This document shows, piece by piece, positions 1-13,400 of a DNA stretch of 64,000 bases. The notes under the pieces are model-generated. The model did no database searches. It was not told where the DNA came from and saw only the letters and a list, made by a program, of their open reading frames with translations. How positions within the stretch are numbered: position 1 is the first letter of the stretch; each line of letters starts with the position of its first letter. The position numbers and the translations under genes were made by a program. Source of the DNA: Phoronis australis (lineage: Eukaryota; Animalia; Phoronida); contig NMRA01000191.1 in assembly GCA_002633005.1 (NCBI GenBank), positions 302,466-366,465 on the forward strand, given 5' to 3'.

Positions 1-3000
1 CAACAAAGGACAATATTCAGGGCATGTATCACACATGAGTGAAGTGGCAGTCTGTGCTTAGTTAAGTGCACAGATGATAATTACTTGGCTTATGAGCTTG
101 GGTTAACACCCTGGGGACCTGAACTGGCGAGCCTGAAAACCGAGGGGAGATTAACCATAGATGGCGGTCTAACTCGAAAATTTTAAGAAATGGGAGTGGG
201 TGCTTACAAGAACATGGCCGCTCAACTTGAGGCAGACAGTCGCACTCAGGACACCTATGACCTTCGCAACTGAAGTTTGAAGACCAGAAGTTCAAAGACT
301 TTGCTGAATGGCTTGTTGCCGATGTGAAATTTGAATCAGCACACTTTAACAGACATATGTATAAGAGAAGTAAGTATGCAACTTGCAATAGGAGAAAATA
401 CACAGTAAAAAAATTCCCCTAAATTTCAGGGCTGACCATCCATATCGATGCCATCTTAGTCATTGAACTTGCGAAGTCGGACCAATGCAAGCCCAAATTA
501 AGAGGCAGTCCATATAAAAACCAGTAGATTTTCAAAAATCAGTCTATACGTCAAAATTTAAAACAACTTCATTTTTTGTACATGGGTAGGTATCCTAACA
601 AAAACCCAAATGCCAAATTTTGCGCACTCAATGACCCCTAATTTCGCCGCTGGAGCATGATAACACAAATTGGCACAATTGGGCATATTAGCCGTCTCAA
701 AAATCGCATGTTTTCAGCAACAAAAATGAGTAACATACAAAATAGATCAAAAGCTATATTTTGGTGGCTGAAATAACCAACGTATACTGTGCATAATTCT
801 GTGCCATTTATTAAAATCTAACAGTTTTATGCTAGACAGGGGAGATAATCCACAGACCACTTTTTGGGGCTAATTTTAGTGGCCATTTTTGTGACCTTCT
901 TACTGCCATAAAACACCTTGTAGCCTTATGTGACGTTTTGAACATACAGTTAAAGAGTTAGTCTTGATGACTGAGCAATAAAAAATCTTGCCTCAACTTT
1001 GCACTTTAGTGAAAATTGTCTTGCAAAACTGTCTATTTTCATAGTTTGGAAATGACGAGCAGAGTTTACAAACCATTTGAACAAACTTTTAGGCAAGAAG
1101 TCTGCTTTAAATAGTTATAGAAACCAAGTCTAAAGTCTTTCAAATGAAAACAAGATGTTTTCTGGGTTTATTACGCGGCNNATCTTAACTTTAAGTCAAA
1201 TTTAAGATAAAATTTCGATTTGTCTCAATTCCACTCCAAGAAAGTGATCTTTGACATAAGTTTTTTATTTGTTTTTTCTTAAGTTCGACTAACTTACCCA
1301 ACCTGAAAGTTTCAAAGATTGGAAGTTGAGACAAAAATGAACTCAACTCAGTTTCTTGAAATGAGCCCTAGCATTCCTTCACACGACTTTCTTTCACTTT
1401 CCAGTAAAACATTGCATTTTTGGCCAGAGTACTACGCCATCAGAAAGCAAGCAAACCAATCAACAGCTGTCTTCAATAGCTCAGACAGTACAAGTGCAAT
1501 TCCCCAAATATAAAGTCAAGAGATCACTGAATAGCTGGGGAAATCCCCAAAATAAAACACAACCTGGCATGTTTAATGAAAAACCAATGTCTACGAAATC
1601 ACCATCTGAAAAGCCGCAATGATTCAAGTGAGGTAGTCAAGTCAAAATGATAATTCCGGCTTTCCAGAGAATGGATTGAAAGAGGCGATGCCATGGTAAC
1701 ATTTCTTTGGTGTCACTAATATGATTTAAATCAATTTGAAAAGGGCAATGATGAGTGAATCAATTCTCTCTTTCACTTAAGACTCAACAGAAATCCTTCA
1801 ACAAGCAGCAACTCTGAGAAATTCTGATAGAGTCATCATCGTGGTTCGACAGAACCACTGGCCATGTTGGAAAACAGAGAACACAGGCATAACACAATAC
1901 CTGGAACTTCTCAATCTGTGCCCAGGGTGCTAAGTGCAGGGAATCATGGCGCAAATACTTGAACAATTTACCCCCAGGTGTAACCAGATAGACTTTAAAG
2001 AAGACTATAAATTCTTCAATTAGGAACGAAAACAACTACTTAAACTGCCTTGGTCTATTTTTCAGATTCACTGCATCGCTGCATATCCTCAAAAGCAAAG
2101 CAGAATTTCCTTAAAAGTTACTTTTGTTGAGGAATTTTGTAGAATTAAATTTCACTTGTCCACCATATTTTGCCTAAAAAACTAAAGAATTTATGCCATA
2201 AGTGGACTACCTGCTTTGTATTCTTGCCACAGTTGATTTGTCATTTCAACTTCAACAATAAAATATATAACACATACCATAGGCAACACATATGTACCAT
2301 ATGGTAGGTTTCAACTTCCAACTAATCATGCCCACTAACCCAAACAAAAATGAAGTTCAATGGCAGGCTTGCATGTTGTCTTGGTTCACAGCTGAATAAA
2401 TCATCACTGTGCAATACAATTAGAACCAAACTTCATGTGAATTAATGAGAATTTAACTGGAAGCTAACAGTACAGCCAAGCCTGATGATTCGAAATTTAG
2501 TGAAGTTGTGAATCTTTTCTACAATCTCAGCTTTGTATTAATGAAGAATCACTCAACAGGCAGTTTGGGCAATGGTACGGAAATAATAAGCTTAATGTGA
2601 AGTGTAAAATTTTATTTAGTTTCAAAGACACCATTCTAGAGTATTCTTTTAAAGCAATGTAGAAACACAGAACGCTGAATTCTCGTTAAAAATGGAATCA
2701 AATCAGTTAGTGTCTGCACCTATAAGTATATTATCTATAGAAAAAAAAAACAGCAACTGCCGACAAGTATGTGTTGATGTTGTACTTGAAAATACCTTGG
2801 AATACATCTTGGAAGATGAGAATGCCGCGAGACACGCACAGCAAGACACTTAGCACTAGCTTGGTGGAGGATCGATAAAGCCATAATTGACTGAAATATC
2901 AATCAAACTGAATTTTCACATCCCCCATCATTTACGCAACAGAAATTTTTCAATCACGACATTGTCTACAGAAAGAGCCGACTGACGGCTACCATAATAA

Positions 3001-5380
3001 ATGGAATCGATGGTTGCACTTCACAAAATTTTCTTAAGCTGTTTTCACATGAGAAAAATTGTCACAGCGAGAATTATCATAGCAGGAGTTGTTCCACTTA
3101 GTTCACATTTACACCTTAGATTGAAAACTAGATTAGCAGGAGTCCTTTACATGAAGACTGTCTGCGCATGCTCCAAACCACGTGGATGCCAGCGTAACAG
3201 AGATGATCCCTTCCGCCTTGCTCCAATTTGTGTTTAGACGTGTAGTTGACACTGAAACAACTTGCTCTACCTATCAAACCAGTGTCCAGAATGGTTGCCG
3301 CAGAGTCAACTCGCTTCGTGTTCCCTGTTCCATGTCAGCTGCTCCGTATCAATTGTGCCTCGTTAAGAGCCTTTAGAAATCAGCATGAGCAAATTTTGCA
3401 CCCACTTCAAGGTTTAGCTGTATGAAATCGTATTTACATGACAAAAGTGGATGCCATCTAGGAAAAATTCCATGAAGTGGCCACTACAAGTATCAAAGTC
3501 GGACAATAATTCACTCTAAATTGGTTCCAAAGTCTGTGTTGACTGCTAAATTTTAAATTGCAAACAGTTTTCCTAGATTTATTACCTTTGATTCACAATT
3601 ATTCAGTTGATTTCGTGAAATCACGCATTTGCCAAAAAGGTTAAAATAAAACAGGAAGTAAACAGATAGAAGTTAAAGTCGACAAAATTCGTGCCACCAG
3701 TCCATGCAGTCGTCTATGGTCTATGTTCGTTCGTTGGCGGGAGGACTTGAGTTACAGAATGAAGGTACGCCTACACTTCGGCACTTACGGGGAAAATCAG
3801 TCAACAATTTTTTTTTGCCAGATAGGAGGATAGGAAACCTCAAAACTGATTTGGATACATGCGATTTTCACTTTTGGCGACCTCAGATTTCGTTTGTCCA
3901 CCTGAGATTTTTGCCAAGTCACCATATGAGACTTAGTGTCGAGCTGTGTATTGTGTCCTAAACTGGCCAGATTTTAGGGTAATGGTATATGAAAAGCTGC
4001 GGCTGTACAACTTAAAAAAAATGTGAAATCTAAACGTAACGCTGCGTATTCACAGTTACATTTATTTATGTTTATACTGAAGAGACAGACACTACAACAC
4101 CTCACCCACTCCTACACCCCCACCACCCCCTACCCCACATAGTCAAAGGTGACGAGCACCAACTGTAACTGATGCAGCAAACAATAGCTGTCTGAAAACT
4201 AACACTAAGTACACAGGCTAAATACATGTCCCAGACAGGTGGCAACTGCGTTATTAGGTTGTTATAACTGCTGTCTGGGTGGTGTGATCCTCAGTCACCA
4301 AATCAATACCCATGTATATTGTGCTATATGAGTCGATCACATGTTCACATGGGTACGATTTGCTGTGAGTCACTATCAGCCAAGGGCCCCGTTTCATGGA
4401 ACTCAAATCATGCAACTTGTCTTCGGTCCCAAGTCTTCAATTTCAATGTTGGTTTGACGTCAATGTCATTGTTCACTAGTATCCTACACTACAGCAAGTT
4501 GAACCTTCATGGAACATAACCAAAAAAACTTGGAAAGGGCCTTCATGGCGGCATAAATAAGAATAGAAAACACAGCTGACATGAATGCAATGAAGAACTG
4601 CAAACAGCTTATAGTCTATTAATTTTTCCTGGTGTTAGGTTACCTAATGAAAAAGTATGTCTAAAATCAATTGAAGTTTTAGCTGATATTTGCTGGTCTT
4701 GAAGCAAAGGCAAACAGATTTTTCATTGGTTCGTATAGATCCAAATGCGAACATAGGAGATCGACTTTCAATTGGCACATAGTTGTGAAAGCAAGCAGCA
4801 TTTGACAATAATAGTAACTAGATTACTCAAGTAGGTGTAGATTTCGCATTAAGCAAGGGAATCTTGAAAAATAACTACCCGATGGGCAAGTAAAAAACTT
4901 GGCTACAGAAAAGCAGGCCATAAATACATGCCAGACAGTTCCAATACAAACAAATTTGTTCATAATGAACATCAAAGGCCCGTTTAACGAATCCTGTCAT
5001 GTGATTTGAAGAGAAATTTTTTTACGCCTATTTGGTAGTGCCATTTCACAGCTTTCATATTCTGACCCTAATTAGGAACCTAAAGCCTCTTTAATAGTTG
5101 CGTGAGCTTAAATCCAGTTTCGAGGATTTTAGAATGTTTCACACACATTCTTCTTTTTTTCAAGTAACCGAAGTACGTAACTTGGTTGGAAGAACAAATG
5201 AGACTGAATTAACAGGTAAAATAGCATGCATTGCACTAGAGGGAGTTACTCGCCCATTACTTGTTGGAAATGACCATCTGGGCAACTGTACTGTAAGTTA
5301 CCAGGCTAGTTCTTGAATGCAAATGAGTACAAAATGTAGTGATCTTATTGGCTTATCTTTATGCAAATGAGCACATTGAA

Positions 5381-5439
5381 CTACCATTACAACTACTACC
5401 ACAACCACCACCATCACAACCACCACCACCACCACCACC
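5381..5439. repeat. (ACC/ACT/ACA)n trinucleotide microsatellite
   Basis: ctaccattacaactactaccacaaccaccaccatcacaaccaccaccaccaccaccg. Confidence 0.85.
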
Positions 5440-8400
5440 GAAGAATGAAGCTGAATGTAGCCAAAAGCATAAAAGCAAGACCAGCAATGATTGTTCTGAG
5501 CATGATATGTAACTGATGATAACACTCAGTGCTAAGTCTGCTTTGTTTTGCCTGAACTTTGCAGAAATTAACAAAGACAACTCTTCTAAGAACACTTAAA
5601 AACAGCTGTGGGCAACATTTGTTGCTGCTGCTGCTGTTTTATAAAGGTTACACTGTGACCACATATTGACCTATATGGCTCAGATGGAGATTGAATTTCC
5701 AAAACACTGGAAGCAGCAGGATACAGAGCTCAGCCTTGATGTGTCTACCTATGATTCATTTTCTAGTAGACATCAACAGGTGATTTAGTGTACGCAAATT
5801 GTCATTTGCCCTCAGATGTCAACTTGCCAGACCAAATACAAATATAATTTACAAGTTTTTCATTTTAGGTCAGCTGCTGCAATGACACACAATATTCCAT
5901 ACATGGTCAAGTGTTAAAGGGCTTTTCACGTTAGAATATTAGAACAGTGGACTGGACTACCATTCTTTCTCAACCACAAGAAATTTAGACTAAATCAATG
6001 CGAAATGTGCTTTAGAGTGGTCTAAATTAAGACCAGTACAAAAGCTAGTACGTTTGAAAACAGAATAGCGAGCTTGGCGAGCATACGAAAGTTATTCTGA
6101 TTATGTAATTGCAGTGCAAAAGGTTTCGTCTAGATTATTTCCTCTGACCATCCTAAATTGTCTCGCCACTTCACGCGAGTCCGGAATTCCTCCTGCCATT
6201 TTATGAACTCTCGTTTCTCGACATTGTACTATAGGTGCTCACTGAACAACTTTTAGGGAAACGTGTCTCAAAGCAACATATCTTACAGTAATAGAAATGG
6301 TGACAGATTACCAGGTGAAACCCAAGATTCCGAACATCATTTGGAGGGAGTCAGCGACTCAAGGATCGCAACACCAGGGCGTATCAGCAGACGTGTCAAG
6401 CAACAAAAAGTTGGTGATCGAGATGGGTTACCAAAGAACGGGAGATGAGGTGATAGCTAGTTGGAAAATCAAGATGTTCTACCAGAGAACTGCGTATCAC
6501 GTGATAGCCAGTTGGATGAGTGAGTTGGTCACCAGAGAACGTTGGACCAAGTGCAGGTTAAAATGAAAAGATTGAGGTTAACACATCGCGGTACATCTTG
6601 TGTTTACTATAGCGAGGCTATTAAAGTTAGGACAATGAAATGTTAGCTCAGTAAAGAGAGAGGTGAAAATTTGTGACGGCAGGTTATTACGCTGATCTAA
6701 AAGATGTCATAACTGCAAACTAGTGTCCACTGAATTCTAATGTAAAAGCAGCTTGTGAAGAGATTTTGATCCTTGCTACGAGAAGTTCTTATCAGAGTAA
6801 TGTCTTCAGAATACATTCGACAGAGTGTCACTATAACTTGAGACAGTTTATGAATTTGTAAATTCTACTTCAGTTTACAGCAAAAAATTAAGAATGATGT
6901 ATTCAGAACACCAAGGATGCTTTTTGAGTACCTGAATGTCTTAAAGCTGCAGTTTGCCTTGTTTAGCTGGCCAAAACCAACAAACGAATTTGGCCGCTTA
7001 CTCTCATATAATCGCTTTCATAGTATTCCTTACCAAGATAGGATGATCGAAATGATCATCGAATCGACAAAAGCGCTCCAGAGTTTAATAGGGTTGGCCA
7101 ACCATTAGCTACACTAAAACAGGCTTCAGAGATTATTGCAGTTGTCCAACCCTAAAATCGCAAATTTAAAAGTGGCGGATGCAAAAATTGCCTGTGACTT
7201 GAGCTAGTAACGGAAATGGAATCCTATCATCGCAAGGAACATTACGAGGCCAATTTTTTTAAAGACCCAATTTGATTTTTGTTTTTAAGCCATCTAAACA
7301 CTGCAATATGCAATTTTTACTTAATGAGTTTCTCACAACAAATATAAGTATCATTTAGACCAAGGCCTGTAATTACCATTAGATGTTCTAATAACAGTCA
7401 TTACACTGTAGAGCACTGCCAGGCATTTCAAGACAAAGTGAAAGCTTAGGATTAGCCATATCGCAAGGCTGCCAACAGATGACAATAAATGTCATTAGAA
7501 GTTGCATCATACCGGGGGCGGCTATGCTTACAATCTGAAGTTAATTTTAACTGCGGTGAATGACCGCATCACTTAAGGTAAAATTTCTCCAATTTAGCAT
7601 TCAATATGGCATACAAGTGAAATTTTGTTTTCTCATTTTTTCATAAAAGATAACTAGACCAAACTAATGCCTTACCATGTCCAAGTTCAGTACAATAGCC
7701 ACCATTCAGAAAAAACGGGTTTTTTATTTTTGTCCAAAATAGATGACATTTTAGCAATACCCCTACAAAACTTTCGGTCCCCTTTTAGAGTTGCACTCAC
7801 AGGAGGGCATTTAGAGTTGCACTCACAGGAAGGCGTTATCAAGACAAGAAAGAACGTGAATTATTAATGCTAAAATAACGCTAAGATTAACTGTATAAAA
7901 GTTATTGATACTGGTACAATATGCGAGGTGCTTCGTTTCCCAGCAAGGCACGTTCGGAGAAAAGTACCATTTGTTAGCTGACAATGTTACGAGCAGCAAT
8001 AGGACAGAGGAATATGAAAATAGCCAGAGATTTAACTAGTAGAATTATTCCATTACTCAGGTGACACAACGCAAAGTTCCTCAGGAATTAGGTTCTCTAA
8101 ACTGATTGTTCTCTAAAATGCTCTGACAGAAACATGATATTCTAAACAAGAAAAACATGCCTTTGGAAGCAGAAAGATGATGCCAGATGTTGAAAATAGA
8201 AGACTGCAAGGGATAATATTTCCATACTTCTAAGAACTACAATTCCTTCAAATACCATGTTCCTCCCGGTTATCACCTAGGGCATTTTAATTGCGGAACT
8301 CAACAGGAAACACGTCAGACAAAACCAGACCCATCATTACCAGTAATAACATTAAATACCTCAGAATAAAACTTTGCCAAACAAATTTTACCATACAACA

Positions 8401-8450
8401 AGTCAAAAGCAAAACGTATCTGCAACAACCATGATTTTTTACATGTTAGA

Positions 8451-8483
8451 TGTGTGTGTGTGAGTGTGTGTGCGTGTGTGTGT
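8451..8483. repeat. (TG)n microsatellite
   Basis: tgtgtgtgtgtgagtgtgtgtgcgtgtgtgtgt. Confidence 0.9.
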
Positions 8484-10442
8484 TTTGTCTTAAGTATAAA
8501 TTTTCTAATGAAATTATTATTTTGAGAAATAGTTTGTTAACAGAGCAATGTTATTTTCTCAGTGCCTTGATAAGGGCAGCGTTCACACTTGCTATTTCAT
8601 GAAATACAACATACATTTACTAATCAATAAAGTGTGCCTCAGAAAGACTAATAGAAATATTTTTTGTCAAATTCGAATAAAGTCCGAGTAACATGTGTTA
8701 AAATCAAAAATGTGCTACAAGTGAAAAGAAAATCTTTCAACATTGTCAGACATTGTGTGGCAAGTAAAGCATACCCTAAAACAGACCTGTGTACACACTG
8801 AGAAGACATTTCAGCAAACTATTCAGTGTCCTAAGAAACCTTTCCCATAGCTATTTCTTCCCTGATTATTCTAGAAAATATGTCAGAAAACAGAGGCTTT
8901 AGCAGCATCACAATAACCACTCAAAGGGACACACAAGGTACTCGGTGTCAGTTTTCAACAATCTTGACTATGCTAGAGTGCTTTTTTCTTCTAGTGCTGC
9001 GATGAAAGAAAGACATTGAAAAGAATCCCAAGCTTTAAAGCTATCACTTTCATATCAAGGTTATGTTGGTCTTATCAACATGCCAGTATACCCAGCCAAA
9101 TATCTACAAAATTATAAAATTCCACTCAGTAAAAGTACGCATTTTCTGAAAGTAGAAAGCCTGTAAAATTTATTTTTTATAAATTGCAATTAACTGCATC
9201 ATGTCACCATGTCCTTTTGGTGAAGTTTTGCAAACAAGGAATGTGCTTCACATTAAGTGGTACCAATAACATGACCACATTTTTATACAAATATTCTGTA
9301 ACAGTTTTCTAAATATCTTTTCGTTTTCGTTTTATACAACTTTCGACCTTTTCAAACAAATCCTAATAGAGTCATAATATTTTGAAGGCCTCTCATGCAA
9401 AAAACAGAACATTTAAAAAATATCTAAACAAATTGTGGAAAAGTGTTTAAGGCACAGTATTTGAAAGTTTCGTTTGAATCTAATTAATAAGAGATATGAT
9501 GTTCCAAAGTTAGCCAAATTTGTAATTTTCTAGGGCCCCCGATAACATTAAAACAAGTAAAAATCTATTCTCCCATAAGCTGATTTGATCTTTAGTGAAG
9601 GTCAGACAATGTGGTATTGACTATCTGGTACAAATTACCTATGATGGTGGCATAAAAAACAATTTCTGTAGACAAAACGAGAATATCAGCAATACAAACA
9701 AATTACTTCGATCATAGCCTAGATCTACTTGTGACAGCCAATCCCTCGCAACCAACTCAGCTGGCTGGTAGCAGTCATGTATTTCATTTGGAGGCTGAGT
9801 AGATATGTTGAACTTCTATTATGGCTCCTGCAGCGAATGTTTTGATGTTTTCAGGAGACAGGCTTACCGGGGATAAGGGAAAATCCCTGGTAAGTATTTG
9901 ACTGTAATTGTCGTAATGGACGTGAATTTAACATAAAATCAATAAACATTGTTAATCTGCAATTCCCAACTATTTTAGCCAACCCAAATTATTTGATAAA
10001 ATCTGAACTCGAAGTCTCTAATAGTATGTCTTAGCTGCTTTTAGCATGCTACATTCTAGGAAACATTTCCAGGTTTGAATAAGCAAGATCTCATAAGACT
10101 TCGCAAAATCACGTAAGTGAAAAAGGCCACTGTTGTACAAGTATGCTCGGGAACTTGCAGACCAATCCCAGCAATATGGTGGCCACTGAAATGATTAGTT
10201 GGTGAGGTTGAACTGGGGGATTGAAAATCACTGAATTGGTTCCATTAGCGAAGTTTTCCCTGCAAGTACCAGCTTTATGGAACGCAGCGCAGGTTTCTCA
10301 AACGCTTCAGCCCATAATATCAACCAGACCACACACTTTCACAAGCACATATTGCCAATACATGAACTCTTTGGGTACAACAACCAACAGGCGTTGTAAG
10401 TCCTGAACAAATATCTGGCGAGGACAGAGAGTCCACACTCAC

Positions 10443-13400
10443 CTTTCACCCTTGCCTCGGTCATTGTGGTGACCGATAGGGTCACTAGGGTGGTACAGCA
10501 TAGTCTGCTGCGGGTCCATGTCCACCACGACGCGAGTACCCAAGTCCACCTCTGAAATTCAGAAAGACAATTGACTTTAACAGTGCAAGGGACTCTTCAA
10601 CCAGTCAAGATTTTCAGCCACCCACTGATGAACAATATTCTAAAAATGTAAATTATGTATTTACTGGACTTAAACCGGTGAAATTTTCAGCTACATCAAG
10701 TCAACAACTGTCAACTTTTTCAAGCTTCGGCAACGCCAGGCAGTCACCAAACTTTACTCAAGACTTAATTCCAAAATGGAAGAAATGCGTGCATAACTTT
10801 GAGTAATTTTTCCTATTTCATGCGATGTGAATGGTCAATTTTAAGTTGAGTTGGTGATCATGTACCCTGGTGGAGTGTCTTATAACTAACATTCAACTTG
10901 CATCATATCTGGACCATGCTCAAAATTTTCGGCCTTTTACCTTGAGAATGTCACAGAAACTGTTGAAAAGACACAACTGGTATCTTCCAGTGTAGTTGTA
11001 AGCCCAGTTAAGATTTCCGAACTAGTGTCCACGGTCCTCCTATATTTCTGGACATCAAAGAAGCAACTGTTCACAACATTGAACATGCAGTCCACGATAC
11101 TCAAGAATGCTCGTCAGGCAGTCGCAGCACTGACAACAGGTCCTTCAAGGACACTGTCTAGGAAACTGTTAATTTTGGAATAATTGTTACATAAAGTATA
11201 CAATGAAACTCCATAATTAGGTAGAGCCTCTAAAATGCTAAATACCAAAATTCAAGGGGAATCTGAATTTCCGTGGTCCTGAAGATTAACATTTTATTTT
11301 GACTGTTTCAAAATGTATACACTAAGTCAACAATGTTTCTGACTGGTGATGCAGAACCAAAAACTTAAAGCATGTCTAGCTGGCAACAAAAATACTGGCA
11401 ATCAAAAAATAATTACAGACGATCAGGTACACGATGTGCCAGACGAGTGCAGGCAGCCCAGGTAGGCCCACTGCATTGATCACCTGGAGCCATTTTATGC
11501 TTTAATAATATGTAGTTAAAACCGAGCTGAGGCAGTTGAGCCTGACTCAAGGGTGAAACTGTGAGCCCCAGAGGGACTCGAACCTACAACCTGTAGTAAA
11601 GGAAGCGGACACCTGTCCCACAAGGCCACACTGCCTCCTCAAATGTGTAGCTGGTACTTTACCGCAATAATTACAAAATTTTGAACATCTGCAATTTAGT
11701 CGTTTTTTATATAATTCTCGAATTTGGGATGGCCAATATTGCATGTGAGCAAAATAATTCTTCCCCATTTCAACAATGAAAAGTGTCGTGTGTTCAATCA
11801 ATTCTGTATATCCGAAATCATGCTCCCGAAGTACAGCCATCTCAATCTGGGGAATTATGCGGTAACATTCCCATACTTGATAAAATGTGTTATTTCCATA
11901 GAAACAAAAATGTAATATAATGTGACACAGGATGCAGAGGCAAAGAAGATTTTTTAAACAGCATAATTTGTATCAAAGAGACTTTGTTTTTCATTTGCAA
12001 AAACAGAAATCTGTTTCAGATAACAAAAAACGCTATTTTACTATAATTCCAAAGGGATAAATAACATGCAGATGTTCAGGAATTGCTTAATTTTTCCTCT
12101 GAATCATACTACAACTTACAGCACCTCCTTCAGATAGAATGAGCAACTACTGCAAAACAACCGTCGATCAACTTGAGGCCAGAAATTTCAAGTTTTACAG
12201 ATTATATTCTCAGGTTTTGGTAATTACAAACCAAAAATACTTGAAACATGGTACCTGCTGCAGATATATGTCAATTCTGTTTGAAATATCTAATTAGTGA
12301 AAGAAGTCAGATTCTGCGAATTAAGTCCATTTTCTATTTTTGCAGAAAACCAGGGTCTCTAGTTATATTAAAAACCAGACTTTGGCTATCAAAAACCTAA
12401 CTTTTGATTAAGATTACATTTCGCTATAAAATTGGTCTCGACTTGTTCCTGAGCGACAATCTAGTTTAACATAATTTATGCTACACAAGGTATGGTTGTA
12501 TTCACTGACAACTTGTAAATGTGAAAAAAATCTTTAAATAGATGGCCTTAGCACTAAAGGTGTACCTTGGGGGCTCACATAGCCGCATCGGGCAGTTTTT
12601 TCCCCAACACCACCTCGCGATACTTACTGGCTGATTTGCAGCAGATGATTTTCGACACAAAATTTGTTCTTAAAAACATTTGGCAACTTTCAACGTACTT
12701 CATATTCACGTCCTCGCTATACCTTGTGCTTCTAACTAACTTGACCAAGCAATCACATAGATAAGGAATTAGCTTGCAAGTACCACTTTAAAGATCTCAC
12801 TAATTTCGGACAAAAATAATTTGCAGATTGCTTTATAACAATTCTCAAAGGCTTCTAATATTGTCTGATAGTAACTAAGGAACAGAACATAAAATTATGA
12901 AGTATTAATTTGATGCTAATAATCTTTGATGGGAAAATGAATAAATATTCACTTGTCTGCCACATTCAAATGTGTCTAAAAATTGTGAGGTTTTACCATA
13001 AACATAAAAATTGCAAAGTTACTTCCTGGTGAGTCTATCCTACTCCTGTAGCTTTGCAGGACTCAAACATGATGAATATAAAGTGAGTTATATGATGACA
13101 ATACTACACAAAATACTCTTGCACACAGTGGGCTTAGGTCTCCCAGTGTACTTTAGTTGGTGTAAGCTGATAGGGAATGCAAAGGGCAAATGCTATTCAA
13201 ATGCCATAACTGATAAATCATTCAGACAAGGATGATTGCAGCATATCTCATCACTGTCCAGGATAATGCCCACAAGGCATCATCACACACTGGAACACAA
13301 GTGATTGGCGAAGGCAGAGAAATAACTATTAGAATTCTGTATCTGTAAAGTCATGGTCAATATATGGGCATTAGAGAAATGTCCACTCAACACTAGCAAA

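Noticed and set aside
62-403. 113-aa Cys-containing minus-strand ORF
   Set aside because: No kinesin or other recognisable motif; no phase-compatible splice to known exons found.
5298-5595. Poly-Val and poly-Gly ORFs
   Set aside because: Translations of the (ACC)n microsatellite.
8360-8419. Minus-strand AG...GT segment encoding IRFAFDLLYGKICLAKFYSE, resembling the kinesin FAFD exon
   Set aside because: It lacks the conserved CFWS motif after FAFD and is out of phase with exon 2 unless an unseen micro-exon intervenes; probably chance.
11560-11640. tRNA-like sequence with A and B boxes
   Set aside because: No convincing cloverleaf or acceptor stem; it is the head of a dispersed repeat, not a tRNA gene.
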